Numbered from the whole stretch's first letter, positions 47,010 through 60,835 are shown. The stretch is DNA of 63,822 nt, filler included, from Licmophora abbreviata (GCA_900291995.1; 8 parts of 8 records of this genome joined end to end with filler, not necessarily neighbours in it); one strand, 5' to 3'. Numbers and translations: made by a program. The notes: generated by a model from the sequence alone, not told the origin.

Positions 47010-50000
47010 ATGGCGGAGGAATCCAAGGATCCGCCCGACGAGGCGGAACTGCCACCTAATGATATGAGTGATGATTCCAATGGTCTCTTTGCAGGCTTGC
47101 ATTTGGTGAAATCGGAAACGCCCGACGAACCGAAACAGACTCCGAATGACTTCGTGCAAGGTGAGACTGAGTATGCTGCCCCTAGTTCACAGCAGGATAC
47201 CGCTACTATAGCGAACGACGACGGTGCTGACGACGCGACGGAGCACCACAGCAATGCTTCCGTCAAGAGAGAGGAAGAAGTCGCTGCCGTACCAGAGGTG
47301 ACGAGTGCCCCTGTCACGGACAAGCTTTTGTCGCTCTTTGGAGGCGACCAAACTGAATCGCCGCCGAGAACGACCGAGACTACCCAAGACGGCGACGCGA
47401 AGTCTCCAGCAGTTACTGACAGCACGGGAGAAGCCAAGGGTCAGGTTTCCGCCCCCATCAACGCTGCTCCAGAAACCATGTCCAAACCTGCCTCGGAGAA
47501 AGTGGAAGCCACGAAGACGGCCCCCAATGACTCAGGTTCCTCGGATGCAACGGCAAATGACCATGCTACTACGACTACCGAAGAGGAAGCGTTTCACGTA
47601 GTGACCGAGGCCGACATGGCTCCTACTTCGCCTACCGGGTCTACACTTCCACCTCCTCCCCCATCTCCGTCTGTGAGCAGCTTGGGAGACATCCATCCTG
47701 ATACTCCCATTCCCAACAGCGGCGTCGCGTTGCGTCTGCTTCGCAAGTTCGCTTCCAAGACGCAGCCGCACATTGCTGTCTCACAAGGCGGCACCAAGGC
47801 CTCCTCTGTGTTGGGATATTTGTTCTCTACTAGCGCGTCTGAGCAAGATTCTCGGATGGTACCCTATGCAGCGCTCATGGAGATTCTGAACGAAGGAGGG
47901 GGAACTGATGAGACTGAGGAAACTCCGACAAGCACCGTCGTCGATTCCATTTTGGGTCACGAGGGTGACGACATGACCAAGGCCCGTCATGCCATGGCGG
48001 CGTTTTGTCATTTGCTTTCAACGTGGTGTCATGCAAGCTCGAGCCATTCGGAGAAGACTCCTTCGCAGAAGGTTGTCATGGAATACTTGCCGCTCGCCAT
48101 GGACTCGGCGAATGCTCTTGTGGCACACGGTAATTTTGACGAAGTCAAGATTGGAGCAGATGCTCAGAGCGGAACGTATACCATGGCAATTCACGTCGTC
48201 TGCGAGTCCATCTTGGCGGCGGATCTGTCCTCGGAGAAGGCCGAGCTGGCGGCGCTGAAACTCTTGTTGACTTCGGGCTGTCGTTCTTCGAGCGAAGGGA
48301 ATGCCATCTTGCGAGGCAGTCACTTGTTGCAGACTATTCGAGTGCTCTATCATGTTTATCTCACCACAGATTCGAAAGCGAACAGAACTACAGCGAGGGC
48401 CGCTCTGCAGCAACTTGTCACGAGCGTATTCAAGCGAATGATCTTTCGAGTCTCTTCCAGTGCCGCGGTCCCGCCCAGTTCCAAGGACGACTTTCCTTCC
48501 GAGAATCACCGCGATGCATTCTTGGTGCTTCGCAGCCTGTGTAAGCTGAGCATGAGGTCATTGCCCGATCCATTGAGCATCAGTCACAGTGGACTACAGA
48601 CGACGGGAAGTAACGTCGTGTGGGATGCAAACAATCGCCCAGTGCAGAAACAGAAAAGTGAAGTAGACGACGGGGAAGGAAAGGACAGTGCTACGGCACC
48701 GTCGGAAGGCACAGCACCCCGTATGCCGGTCGATCCTCCCATGGTAATGCTGGGAAGTGCTGTCCATTCGGCATTTGACTCGAAGATTCTGGCGCTGGAA
48801 CTGATGCTGTATGTTCTTCAGAACACGAATATGTCAGGCGACTTCCTGCGAAAGTGCGGGCCGCAGTTCCAGTACGCCATTCGCAACTATTTGTGTGTTT
48901 CGCTTTTGAAAAACTGCACATCGGACAATACTACTGTTGTGAACTTGAGTTTGAAGCTGTTTGTCCCGCTGATTCGGAACTTTCGCTCTCACCTCAAGAC
49001 GGAAATCGAAGCGTTTGTAACGAACGTCTTTTTCGTCATTTTGGACTCCAAAAATTCAACAATGGAACACAAGATTCGGGTGGTCAGTACTTTTGACGAG
49101 ATTTGCTCCGACCCTGCGACTCTCGCCGAGATTTTCTTGAACTACGATTGCGACTTGAGCGCGGTTGACTTGTTTCATCGAATCGTCAACACACTGTCGC
49201 GCGTAGCCAAGACGGACGAGGCGAAGCCGGCCTCTACGAACTTTGTGGCGGGAGCCGGTGCAGCTCGCATGGAAAAATTGCGAAATGAACAGCGAGAGCT
49301 CCGACTTGACGCCATGCGGGCGCTCCGACAGGTTTTGGCAAGTCTGCACGCGAGCATCGTTGCTCCCGTGAGTGGCACCGAGAACGCGTCTGTGGCCTCG
49401 TCAGCTGCAGCCGCACCTTCACCAGGAAACTCCGCTCCAATAGCCAACGGTCGCGCAGAACCTTCTTCTCCAGGAGGACAGCAATCTCTCGTGCAGATTT
49501 ATGATTCCAAGAAGAAGAGGCGTAAGGAGGAGTCAGAAGCGATTCTACGCTTTAACCAGAAGCCGTCCGCGGGTATGTCGTATGCCGCAAAATGCGGTCA
49601 CATTGACGGCGGCAACCCGGTGGATGTGGCGCGATACCTTTTGAAGAATAAGGATGTGTTCGAAAAGACTCAGATCGGAGAATATCTTGGTCGAGAGGCG
49701 GAGTATCAGGGCGGGTTTTCGTTGAAAGTCCTGCACGAGTACGTGAACATACTTGATTTTAAAGAATTACCATTCGACGACGCCATCCGATACTACCTTA
49801 GCGGATTTCGCCTCCCAGGGGAGGCCCAAAAGGTGAGCGTACATTGAAACAAGTTTACAGTTCTGAGCACAAATACTTTCGAAGCTGACATGATTTTCCC
49901 TCTCTCTGTCGATAGATTGATAGAATCATGGAAAAGTTCGCTGAGCGCTACACTATCCAGAACCCCGCCGTATTCCCGACCGCCGACGTTGCTTTCATTC

Positions 50001-53000
50001 TTGCCTTTTCAATTATTATGCTCAACACGGATCTTCACAACCCTGCCATCAAGGAGGAACGGCGTATGACCAGGGAAGGGTTCATCCGAAACAATAGGGG
50101 CATCTGCGACGGCAAGGATCTTCCCGAGGAGTTTCTCAATTCTATTTTCGATCGGATCAAGAGCGATCCAATCAGTTTGAAAGAGGACGACGAAGCCAGA
50201 GAGCGCGCCGGCGAAGGCAAACAGGAAGTTAACGGCTCATCGTCTTCCTTGGCCTCGTCTGGATTCTTCAGTAGTCACTACCAAGAGATGGACCGAGCTC
50301 GCGAATCGAACTTCCAAAAGGAGCGAGACCAGATCGTTCGTACAACCGAATCACTCTTGCGCCGCAAGAAGCACTCCTCGCTTACACCTCACGAGCATGG
50401 AAAGTCGCATACTCGCCAACGTTCCGGATCGAACAGCAAGCAGAAATCGTCTAAGTTTGTACGTAGCGTGGACGCTGGTCTTAGGGACGAGTACGTGTCG
50501 CCTATGTTCGAAGTTACGTGGGCGCCGGCGTTGGCTGCGTTTTCGACTGCGATGGAGTCTGCGAATGGGACTGTGGGGGCACTGCTTTCGATCGCCACGG
50601 AAGACGAACTGGAACTTGCTGCCGAGAACGCTGCTGAGACGATCGAAGTCTGCCTCTCCGGATGCCGGCTGGCGATTTGCACGGCTGGACTATGCGGCAA
50701 CGACACTGCGCGCGATGCTTTCATGCTGGCCCTTTCGAGATTTTCGCAGCTCGGCACAGGTACTCGTCTCGAGCCGAGACACATTCGATGTGCGCAGACG
50801 CTTCTTTCTCTCGCCAAAGATGACGGCGAGCTGCTCGGTAACACATGGGAGCACGTATTCAGGGCACTTAGTGAAGTTGATCGATTCCACCAGCTGTTTC
50901 ATCTGATGGCGAGAAATGATAGAGCGGCCGCAGCCGCCGCTGAAAGGCGTAGGAAGCGACTCGAAGCTCGCGAGCAGAAGCGACTAGATCGCGAACAACG
51001 GAACAGAGACGCAGAGGCCGCCGATTCCTCTGATGGAGACGATGAAAGCTCAACCGCCAGCGACGAGTCGAGTGACTCGGAGCACTTCTCAGATGTGGAT
51101 GACTATCTTCTCGACGACGAGATGGATGCACGAGCCATTGACGAAGCCAACGCCCGTGCGATATACGATGCTGTTTCGGAGTCGACGATTGAAACGATCT
51201 ACCAACGATCGGCTTCTCTAAGCCAACGGTCTATAATGGAGTTTGTGTATCAGCTATGTCGAGTTTCACGAATGGAAATCTCCGGATATGGAGGCCACGT
51301 GGGAAGTCAGGCGAATACGGTGGATTTGACTCAGGTGCACTATCGACAGCAACACACCCTGCTCCATTCTAGCGATCCAGCAGACCATCCTCACCACAAC
51401 CAGCCTAACATATACAGTTTGCAAAAGCTGGTAGAGGTGACGCACTACAACATGGAAGCACGCCCGAGACTTGTTTTCTCTGAGATATGGACGACGGTGT
51501 CCGGCCACTTGACAAGTACGGCGCTTCATTCGAATGCTGCGGTCGCCATGTACGCCGTAGACTCGTTCCGTCAGTTAAGCATTCAATACCTTCAGCGAGA
51601 GGAACTTGGTGTGTTCGAGTTTCAAAGAAGGTTTCTGAAGCCGTTCGAGACTGTCATGGCTAGAAGTGAACATTCGACGACGAAGGAGCTACTGCTGAAG
51701 TGCGTGGAAAGGATTATCTTCATGTTCGGTTCTGATGCGAAAGAATCGAACACCGCTGCTGCCTCATTGGATCCGTCCGAAAACGGTCATCATGGTACAC
51801 TGAAAAGCGGCTGGCGGCCGGTTCTCGCCGTGCTTGGGCTCGCCGGTCACGACGAAGACGAAGCAATCGCAAAGCTGGGCTTTGACATGTTGACAGAGCA
51901 GCTTCGTCAGTGTCTTACTGCAGAAAAGGACGAACACGGGGTAAACAAGCATTGCGCTGGTGTCCTTCTTGCCGAGCGCTTTGTAGATCTCGTGGACGCG
52001 TTGCTGATGTACGTATCCGGTCCTCAGCAGGAACTGGGCTTCGTGGCGATCGACCACTTGGTAACGCTGTCCACGTTCCTTGCCGACGATAGATTCGCAC
52101 TACCTTTGGTGAGGACTCGGTCTAGGTCTTTCTCCGCCGGTTCTGAGAGTGAATCGTCGAACTCAAATCAAGAGCTTGAATTGTGGTGGCCAATACTGCT
52201 AGGATTGTCGCGGTCGATAGGCGATGCACGGAAGAAAGTGAGACTGAAAAGTCTGGTGACGCTGTTTGGTATAATCAACCAACACTTCTTCTCAGACTCG
52301 GAAGAAAAGAAGAGGGCCACCGAAGACTCTCCGAGACATGGCGACTTGCAGACTCTCCAGCTGATCTTTCGCGGGATTTTGACTCCTGTCCTGGAGCATG
52401 CTGAGAGCGACGCACATGTAGGACCAAAGCCGTCGCTACCTGATGACTTCAAACGGTTCATGACGAAGTCCCCAGCGTCTATTCCAAGTGAAGGTAGAAA
52501 TCTGAGCTGGATTGAGACAACGTTCGAGCATTTCATGGATGGGAGTGTTGCAGTCTGCATGCGTTCGATTGAAACTTTCGAGGACGATTCTCTTGTGGAG
52601 GAAGTATTCGCCATGTTGAACAGCTGTCTTCTGTCAGATTCAGGGATCCTTGCCGTTCGTGGCTTGAGGCGTCTCGAGCAGTTCATCACGGAAGACCTGG
52701 AGAGGTCGTACGCTACGGATGACACGTGGGCGACCGTTTCTCACATGCTCCGCCGCTGTCTGGCTGTCCGTGGCCTTCCCTCTCAGTCACTTGCTAGCGC
52801 CTCGCAGAATGGAAGCAAGTCAAGTCTAAGCTCCGCAGCGGACGGATCGTCTTATGCCGAAGACAATGCAAACGACGCCGAAGCGATGGAGGCGCTAAAT
52901 GAATTTGTGATGGAAGACCGCATGATGGAAGACCGACGGTACATCGGCAGCAATGTCGCCAAAGTAATCACATCGCTTCTCAGCAACGAAAGATACTCCA

Positions 53001-53696
53001 CGAGCATCGGTATGCGTTGGCGTTTGTTTCTTATCGGTGGACTTGGCCAAGGTATTCAAGACTGGGAACGAGCAGCCAAGGTTATCGGGGCTCATTCATC
53101 CACATCGAGCAAATCAAGCCTGGGCCCGTAAGTATTGAAATTTGTCGTGATTATCGCTGCCATTGAAAAACCTCGCGCGCGTGACTAAGTCGCTAACTTT
53201 TCTTTGGTACGCGCTTCACAGACCTAGCTATATGGAAAATGCTTCGTATGGGCGTCTACTAATGAACAAGCTACTCTTGCGGTTGATCGCGAAGAAGGAG
53301 GTGGTTGACACGACGGAAAGCGGCGGAAGCGTCGTTGGTGCTCGATCTGCTGCCGCTCACGTCTTGCTCGAAGAAGAAACGCGCTCGCTTCTGTCTGCGT
53401 TTTTGGTTATGGAGGCCACCATCGCCGAGGGCACGACAGAGCCTTGGGAAACGTCTCACATGGAGCTCCTCACGACTTTGGTGAAACAATTGGTGGTTGG
53501 CTATGACAGGCTAGAGGACACAGTGCTATTCGAAATGCCTTGGCTCTGCCCGATCTTGAGCTCATGTATCCAGTCACACGACGAATCAGTTAGACTAGCC
53601 GTTCACGAGCTTGTTCAACGAGTCTTCAAGGGGACGATGGTTGACCGGAAAAATAGTGGCACCCAAGGCGACTCTGTTGAGACGCCACAAACTTAA
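47010..53696 (+). CDS. Large Sec7-domain ARF guanine nucleotide exchange factor (BIG/Sec7 type); introns 49833-49915 and 53128-53221
   Basis: DAFLVLRSLCKLS, SKILALEL, YLCVSLLKN, FLNYDCD (HUS), Sec7 FRLPGEAQK|IDRIMEKFA..LAFSIIMLNTDLHN, HDS YSLQKLVEV..NM and LKSGW. Confidence 0.96.
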
Positions 53697-53835
53697 TCGA
53701 AGTAGCAAACTCATCTATCTAGATCTACCTGATCGATGCGACTACAAGAACAAAATAAATAGAAGTCACGCTCTTCTGAGTTCAGGTATTCGCCCCGTAC
53801 ACCAGTCGCCCCTGCAATAGGATGTATGAGGACCA

Positions 53836-54645
53836 TCACTGTGTCATCGTGTGCTCTTTCGACCCACAGGATCCGCAGAAAAACAATCGCAGGGGAGAAG
53901 ACTCGATCTCCTCCGTCTTTGTCGTGGCACTGCCATGCCATGACGTTCGATTTGGTTTCGCGAACCTGTACTTTACCATCTCGTCCTCGCTTTCTTCTGT
54001 GCAGGACGTCGAGTTCGATTTCTCCGACATTTCACTAGTCTGAGCTTCAGAGATAAACGTTTCTGGAGACTCGGAATATTCTTGGGTGAGCCCATCGTCT
54101 CGCAAGGACCTCTGTCGCCTGGGGAATAGGGTAGTCAATAACCCAGTGGGAACAAGACCAGAGTATAGATCATCCTCTGTGTACCCAGAAGATGCAACTG
54201 AATCATACGATAGAATTGAGGATGTTCCAGAAGCACCACCACTATCTTTCTGACGTATGGGAATCAGGCTGATTTCGCTATATGTTTTCTGCCACTTCTT
54301 TGATGCTGCCTCATCCGGCGCGAATTCGTATTTATCCTTATCGAATGTCCGAGAGCACCCTTCGATCACGATTGGACCGTGTTCAAAAATATTGTCCTTC
54401 TTCGAACCTATCGATCTACTTCTATCTCTGGTTACTCCCCCCATCTCGTTGATTGCATACTTGTCGCTTTCCAATGACCGAGAGCTGCTAATCTGAACAA
54501 GATCAGAAACTTGGATGGGGAAGCTGTTCGAAGGAACCGGGTGATCGATCGTCCATGTCGAAGATTTCTTTCCTACAAAAAATCGGAACGACCTACGTAG
54601 GAGACCCTTTCTGTGCTTGGGTCGGGCTTGAACGTTCTTACCCAT
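53836..54645 (-). CDS. Hypothetical Ser-rich protein
   Basis: 269-aa ATG-initiated ORF filling the space between two genes; no recognised domain. Confidence 0.5.
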   Translation of the reverse strand: MGKNVQARPKHRKGLLRRSFRFFVGKKSSTWTIDHPVPSNSFPIQVSDLVQISSSRSLESDKYAINEMGGVTRDRSRSIGSKKDNIFEHGPIVIEGCSRTFDKDKYEFAPDEAASKKWQKTYSEISLIPIRQKDSGGASGTSSILSYDSVASSGYTEDDLYSGLVPTGLLTTLFPRRQRSLRDDGLTQEYSESPETFISEAQTSEMSEKSNSTSCTEESEDEMVKYRFAKPNRTSWHGSATTKTEEIESSPLRLFFCGSCGSKEHTMTQ

Positions 54646-55032
54646 TTTGAGTTGACACGGTTGTGATCGACTTCTCCCTCCTTGTTTTTCCCTCCGTGTT
54701 ATTGCGATCTTGCCAAGCGATTTGGTGCAATATTCAATATCGTGATGTAAAGATTGTCATCGCCAATTTTCGAATCCATCCTTTAGTCTCCATATATGGT
54801 AATCAATTGTCTGCGTCATCAACGACATTTTCATCTATCATCATGTGCGTTGAGACATTCCCAAATGTCCGGTTTGTGGCGTCATCGTGGCGGCTTCTTG
54901 CAAGAAGAGAGCTAAAGACTGAAGGTATCATACGATATCAGTGGACACTACTGTAATACACCATGATAGCAACCGGAAATACCTCTAGTTCAACAACGAA
55001 GTAGTAAGTTACGAAGCACAAAAAGACGCCCT

Positions 55033-55941
55033 TCACTTCGCACTTTTGTATAGGTGCTGCATAGTTGCGGCTTCCTTCTTCTTGCGTTTCTGTTCGTCAT
55101 GAAGCTTCTTCAACTCGGTTGCTTGCGTAAATTCACTACCGAGAGATGCACCGTTGAAAGATTTTAGAGCCTCCTCCGCCTCTTTTTTCTGTTTCTTCTG
55201 CTCTAAGCTAAGCGCTTTTAACGCACTCGCTTTGTCGCTACTTGCCTGTTGGGCGTGGTGGTGAGCCAATGATTCTCTGGCTTCTCGTTCTCTCGCACGC
55301 CTCTCCTTCTCTCGAGCGCGTTGCTGCATTGCGAAGTCGAAAGATGATACTCCTGTAAATGCAGTCTTGAATGGTTTGCGCCCTTTTTTGCCTGAGGATA
55401 GAGAAGGGCCTGTTGAATCCACCGATAGAGGGGACGTCTTTTTGGACGAGTCCTCGGGCGAAACTTGTTCTTCCTGTGCATCACCCAGTGGAGTCTCTCG
55501 TACAGCGCCAACCATAACTGTGTCTGATAACTTGGAATATTTTGCAACTTTCGTTTCCACGTGCTTTAAATTCGCTCGTCTGGATGCAATCTCGTCGGAA
55601 GCGTCCCGGTCAGCAGTAGGAGATATTTCGGCTCCCCCCTTTCTCCGCTCGTCTCCTGCCTCTTCCTTGGTTTCGACTTCCTTGGATACAGCCAGAAAAG
55701 CCTTGGCCAACTCTGACGAATCTACCCTCTCTTCATCGTCCTCACCATCGTTCGAATTTTTCCTGGATAGAGCTTGTAATGCAGCCTCCGCCTCTGCAAT
55801 GGCTGCCTCGTCGCGTTCTTCGGCTTCGCGCTTCACTTTGGCCTCGTATTCTTCTTCTTCCATAGAGTCGTGCGGCGTAATTGCCAGCCACCATCGTGGC
55901 ATACGGCCCGCGCCTTCGGGAAGTGGCGCCTCCTCCGTCAT
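55033..55941 (-). CDS. Hypothetical charged helical protein with a WH2-like motif
   Basis: Open from ATG 55941 (MTEEAPLPEG); E/K-rich helices; IASRRANLKHVETK. Confidence 0.65.
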   Translation of the reverse strand: MTEEAPLPEGAGRMPRWWLAITPHDSMEEEEYEAKVKREAEERDEAAIAEAEAALQALSRKNSNDGEDDEERVDSSELAKAFLAVSKEVETKEEAGDERRKGGAEISPTADRDASDEIASRRANLKHVETKVAKYSKLSDTVMVGAVRETPLGDAQEEQVSPEDSSKKTSPLSVDSTGPSLSSGKKGRKPFKTAFTGVSSFDFAMQQRAREKERRAREREARESLAHHHAQQASSDKASALKALSLEQKKQKKEAEEALKSFNGASLGSEFTQATELKKLHDEQKRKKKEAATMQHLYKSAK

Positions 55942-56515
55942 GGTGATGCCTGAAATTCTGCAAAGGGCGAGCCACGATGTAGAGCATCGACGATGAGGCT
56001 GTGCATGTTCAATGTGTGGACGGTTGAGAGATACTTTCGCCCGCCCGTAAAACGGTACAGAGATACAGCGTACCGCAATTTTTTCAGTTTGCGCGCAAAA
56101 TTCATAAACCCCGAAGGTTGGTGGGAGTCTTCTCAACGACGTAAGACCTAGCCGCCCTAAGCTTAGCCCTCTTCCGGCATCATTGATGCATCGATCATGA
56201 ACGAGGGAGTTAAGAATGCTACATACTTCTCTTTCTTGCTGTGGCTCTTCCTTTTTTCCCAGGTGCAGTGGCTTCATTGGTGTCCAGGCATCGTTCATCT
56301 CCCAGTGTCTGAGCGAGCCGCGAACGAACGTTCCGGTTTCGTATCGTGCCGACCACCCCAGACGCATCATCTAATTGATACCACAAAAGACTAGCCCAAT
56401 GAGGGGTCCTCATCTGTGTGAAACCGTGAATGACGAAAGCCTTGTAAACACGTTTCCTCCCTACTCGTCCGCCATCTGAAGAGCCTCGAAGGCCGGCGAA
56501 GTTTCCAACATCTCG

Positions 56516-59500
56516 TCATTCCGCGCTGGAGCCACCGACGTAGTACCCCATCGGTCCACGGCCACGATTGTCGTTGCGATTCTGCGTCACGTGACTTACA
56601 CGACTTCCTCCAAATTGCGAGCCGCTGTAGGAACTGTCGCCGCCTACACTACTCAAGTCGTCGCCCCCAGTGTAGCTAGGAAGCGGTGCAAACTGAGGAA
56701 TGGGGACTCCACTACCGCCATCTTTATCATCGTACCCGTCACCATTGTAGGCATCTGAGTAGCGCGTGTCAAAGCGCGAATCGGTCTGTTCTTCCCTGCG
56801 ACGTCCGCCACTTCCACCGCGATGAGAGCCCGAGCGAAACCCTGGAGCGTTGTATGGGCGATCTTCACGACGATCCTCCCAGCGCCCATCCCAGGCTCCG
56901 CGTGCCAACGCAGTAAAAGCGTACCTAGAATCGCCAGCTGGGTTGCGTCGAGGACGAGCAAATGTCATATAGCTCGACTGAAGATTATTCAAGGGGCCTT
57001 CCACCAAGGTGTCGTTCTCCTTAAAGTGTAACAGCAAGGCGGCCCACAACGCGTTCTTGCTCAATACACGAGGATTTCCAAGTAAGATGAGTCCCAGACG
57101 AGCTCGAGTCAAGGCGACGTTCAAACGACGGGGATCCGACAAGAAGCCGATCCCCTGCGTTTCACTTGAACGCACACACGAAACCAGAATGAAGTCTTTC
57201 TCACGTCCCTGAAATGCATCCACAGAAGCAACCTCGATCGCCTCGTACAAAGTCGACGCCAGGGCTCCAGAGCGACGCATGTACTCTGACACATACTTCT
57301 TCTGTCCATCATAGGGGGTGATGACACCAATTTGGGCTGGAGTTACGGCCATGCGTAGCAAATGAGTCACTACCTTCTCTACGTACGACGCCTCCGTGCG
57401 ATTCAGATATGAAGTGCCCGACGCAGAAATTTCTTCCATACCGGCAATTGAATAGAAGAACATGGGTTTGTTCGGGACGGGCCTGTTGTTGGACGCGCGA
57501 CAAAGCCGCAATTGCATGTTGAGCATGGTATCTTACATGACGAAACAAAACATTCATAACACCATTGCACGTCCTACCATGGAAAGTCTTCACGTCCAGA
57601 GAAGCCTTCTGTATTCAACAACTCGCGGTCCGCCTCCGTGACGCCATTCTGCAAGCTCCCTTCATAGAACATGTTGGACGGGAACTCCGACAAGGACGGG
57701 TGCATACGATATTGCACTTGCAAACGAATCGGCCGTAGACCCACCAGCACCAGCCTCTCAAACAAGGACTGCATCAAGCCAGCCTTAGCCACAGGCTTGC
57801 ACATGACGACAGGTCCAAGCTGACAATGATCGCCCACCAACACAGCTTGTTTGGCTCCCAGCGCAATAGGGATCAACGCTTCCGCTTCAATCGCTTGCGT
57901 CGCTTCATCAATCAAGACTTGACGGAACCGAAAGTTCTTGAGACGCGGATCGCCGGCGCCCACACATGTACAGCAAATGACGTCGGCCGCTTGTAGAATT
58001 TCGCGCTCTGTTCGATTTCGCAGTGCCCTGAACTTCTTCATGTCCCGTTCCGACAATTCTCCAATTTCGTCCTTCAAACGCTGCAGTTTCGTAAATTCAT
58101 CCGGCGCCGCCAACGGTACCATGATATGCAAACACAGATGGTCAACACTGCTGCTTGTGGCTTCACGAGTCTTACTCGCCAATCGAACCACGCGCAGTCC
58201 CGTCGCGGCAATCTTTTCCGTCAAATGATCCACGGCGACATTACTCGGGGCCGTCACCAGCACCTGGCCCATATTTTGCTTCGTCAAGTGATACACAATC
58301 GATGCAGACACCAACGTTTTCCCAGTACCTGGCGGTCCTTGAATCAAAGACATAGGACGTTGCAACACAGCTTGTACTGCCTCCAGCTGACTCTCATTCA
58401 ATGGAGGCAATCCTGGCACGCTGTAGTTATTGTCCTTGGGCAATTTCGCATTCGCAATGCGTTGCTCTTCGACCGAATGCCCCAACAGCTTGTGATAGAT
58501 GTATCCAGTCACCGACGTGTCGTCGATAGCAAATGTCTTCAAGGCGTTTTGCATACGATCATACGAGGTGCTCTTCCAAATATACTCGACGATGTAATCT
58601 TCCGTAATATTCTCTGGGTGACTGGAATTGGTCTGCTTCAATTCCATCTCAATCTCTCCATCCACCAAGCCTTTGACGTATCCCACTCCTTCCCACGGCT
58701 TGTTGTATAAGAACTGTGCTCCTTGTCCAAGTTTGAGTCGCAACTCATCACCCACCATAATGCGTGACTGCTCCGCCCTCGCTCCATGAAGGCGAAAGAA
58801 TGCCACCGGTTTGCCGCTCAAGGACTTGTCCCACTTGACACTAATACCCTCTTCCGCTAAAGATTCCTTGAGCTGCCTGTCGTAATCGGCTTCCATCTTG
58901 ACGAGCGGAGCGAGAATGTTCTGGTAGTGATAGCCATCTTCATACGACAGCAGGGTCGGTGGCAGTTCCATTTCTTCCACAACATCGGGCCGTTCCAGAT
59001 CGACATAGCGCGCCTCGGGATCCTTGCTCCAGAGATCTTCGAGTTTCAACATTTGCGCCGAGGAAATGTCCCTCGCCCGCAACTGCCACTTGTCCGACGG
59101 TGCCGGCAGCAGCCAGGGCAGAAACTGCCTATCCTGGAGGAGCGGATGCCACTGCGAGAGTTCCCAATCCATGTCTCGCAATGCCGGTACGGTTTCGACG
59201 CAGACGCGACAGAGGAGCACCACCACGCTGCTCGACGATGCAGGGACGAATCCCAGTACAAATGCGTTCTTGCTGGCACAGTTGTAACACTCCAAGACGG
59301 TATCTCCGAGTGGCGATTCGGGGTGCAGCTGTACGGCGTGGTTGCGAGACTTGACGAGGTGGTGCACGAGGTGCGAGGAGGATGTGCCATTGCAGAACCA
59401 CTTTTGCGTTTCGACGCACTTTGCCACACAGGCGGGATCGCAAATACCGCAGTAGCGACAGGCGTAGTGGGGAAGGGACTCTTCGTCGTAGAGATCATAG

Positions 59501-59664
59501 TGACGATGGGGATCTGCGGCAGAAGTAGCAGAGTCGTCCGTGAGGGCACTGTCGTCGTCCGAGACTTCGTCTGCCGAGGCGTCTTCTTCTTCCTCCTCTT
59601 CTTCGAGCTCTTCCTCGACTTCCTCTTCTTCAGGCTCGTTCGTTTCACTCGGTAGAGGGGCCAT
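56516..59664 (-). CDS. UPF1: Regulator of nonsense transcripts 1 (NMD RNA helicase); intron 57577-57483
   Basis: CH domain [92 protein letters not shown]. Confidence 0.98.
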
Positions 59665-60156
59665 GATTGGCCTGGCTTGTTCTTCTGTTGCCGTCTTTCT
59701 ATCGATAAACTCTTCGTCGCCATGGCCTATTTTCTGCCACTCATTATTTCATTCTCGCAAGTTTCAGGTTTCGCCTTCTGACGCCTGACAGACCAAAATG
59801 ACTCCTTCGACTATGTTCGGCAATGGGGTAGTTCAAATCCGATACTCAGACTTCCTGCGTTTTGATATGTCTCTAAGCTTGGATAGTGTATATTTTCTCC
59901 CAATGACACTTTGAAGTAGCTGCATGCGTTAAAGAAGGTATACACTTACTCATGTCTGTAGCATACGCTTAGCCGGAGTGTCATTCGGGGATTTCAAAGC
60001 ATCGCGAAAATTCTCGCCAGAACTCAAACTCCCAGACCTGAATCAATCGCCATCGCCATCGAAAGAGGGTGCAGTGCTTGTGTCGCTTGCATTGATCCTC
60101 AGAATCGAGCTTGGTGGCGCCTCGTGTGAAGTCCTCCAAGTAGTAGACGCATCATT

Positions 60157-60598
60157 ATGACAGTTGGAGACATCGAAGTCGATTATACGAGCGGCACGGC
60201 TGCTTCTCCGGAGCCTGAATTGACCAATGAGACCGAAGCAGCCGTGCAAGAAGAGGGATTGAAGCAGCAGGAGCTTCCGGTCAAGATTGGAACTGTTCTG
60301 GAGGCTGCCTTTGTGGATCCTGCCTATGCCAACGGACAAGGCGAAGGAGAAGGCAAGCACGCGGTGGAACTGCAGGCCAGTACTTCCCTCATGCAAGCGG
60401 ACGACCCGGCAGAGGAGGACGTGACCGCTCCCAAGGTTGTCAAAACGACGACCACGACGACCTCTTCCAATCTCTGCGGATGCTGTAAGAAGGATAGTAC
60501 TGTCGACACATACTCCAATGTGGATGCCGTCAAGCGTCACAAACAAAAGGAGCGGGACCGTCGTCTCAAGGAAAAGTATTCCCGCGTGCCCGAGGGAA
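60157..60598 (+). CDS. 5' fragment of an unidentified protein (truncated at spacer)
   Basis: ATG-initiated frame, divergent from UPF1 and open into the N gap. Confidence 0.55.
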
Positions 60599-60698
60599 NN
60601 NNNNNNNNNNNNNNNNNNNNNNNNNNNNNNNNNNNNNNNNNNTTAATTAATTAANNNNNNNNNNNNNNNNNNNNNNNNNNNNNNNNNNNNNNNNNNNN
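60599..60698. other. Artificial assembly spacer
   Basis: N44-TTAATTAATTAA-N44. Confidence 0.98.
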
Positions 60699-60835
60699 CG
60701 ACAGATCGTCGAGCGGGGGAGCACAGACTTTGAAGCGAGCGCAGACTTTGAAAAACTTCATGTGCTTCATGGATATTGATGCTCCAGTCGGTCAATTTCC
60801 ATCATCATCCTTCTTACAAATAGGCTAGAAGCATC

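Noticed and set aside
55942..56370. N-terminal extension of the 445-aa ORF
   Set aside because: Composition looks non-coding, and the charged protein begins at the ATG at 55941.
58126..59655. Long plus-strand ORFs antisense to UPF1, and similar shadow ORFs elsewhere
   Set aside because: Expected by-products of GC-balanced coding sequence on the opposite strand; no recognisable motifs.
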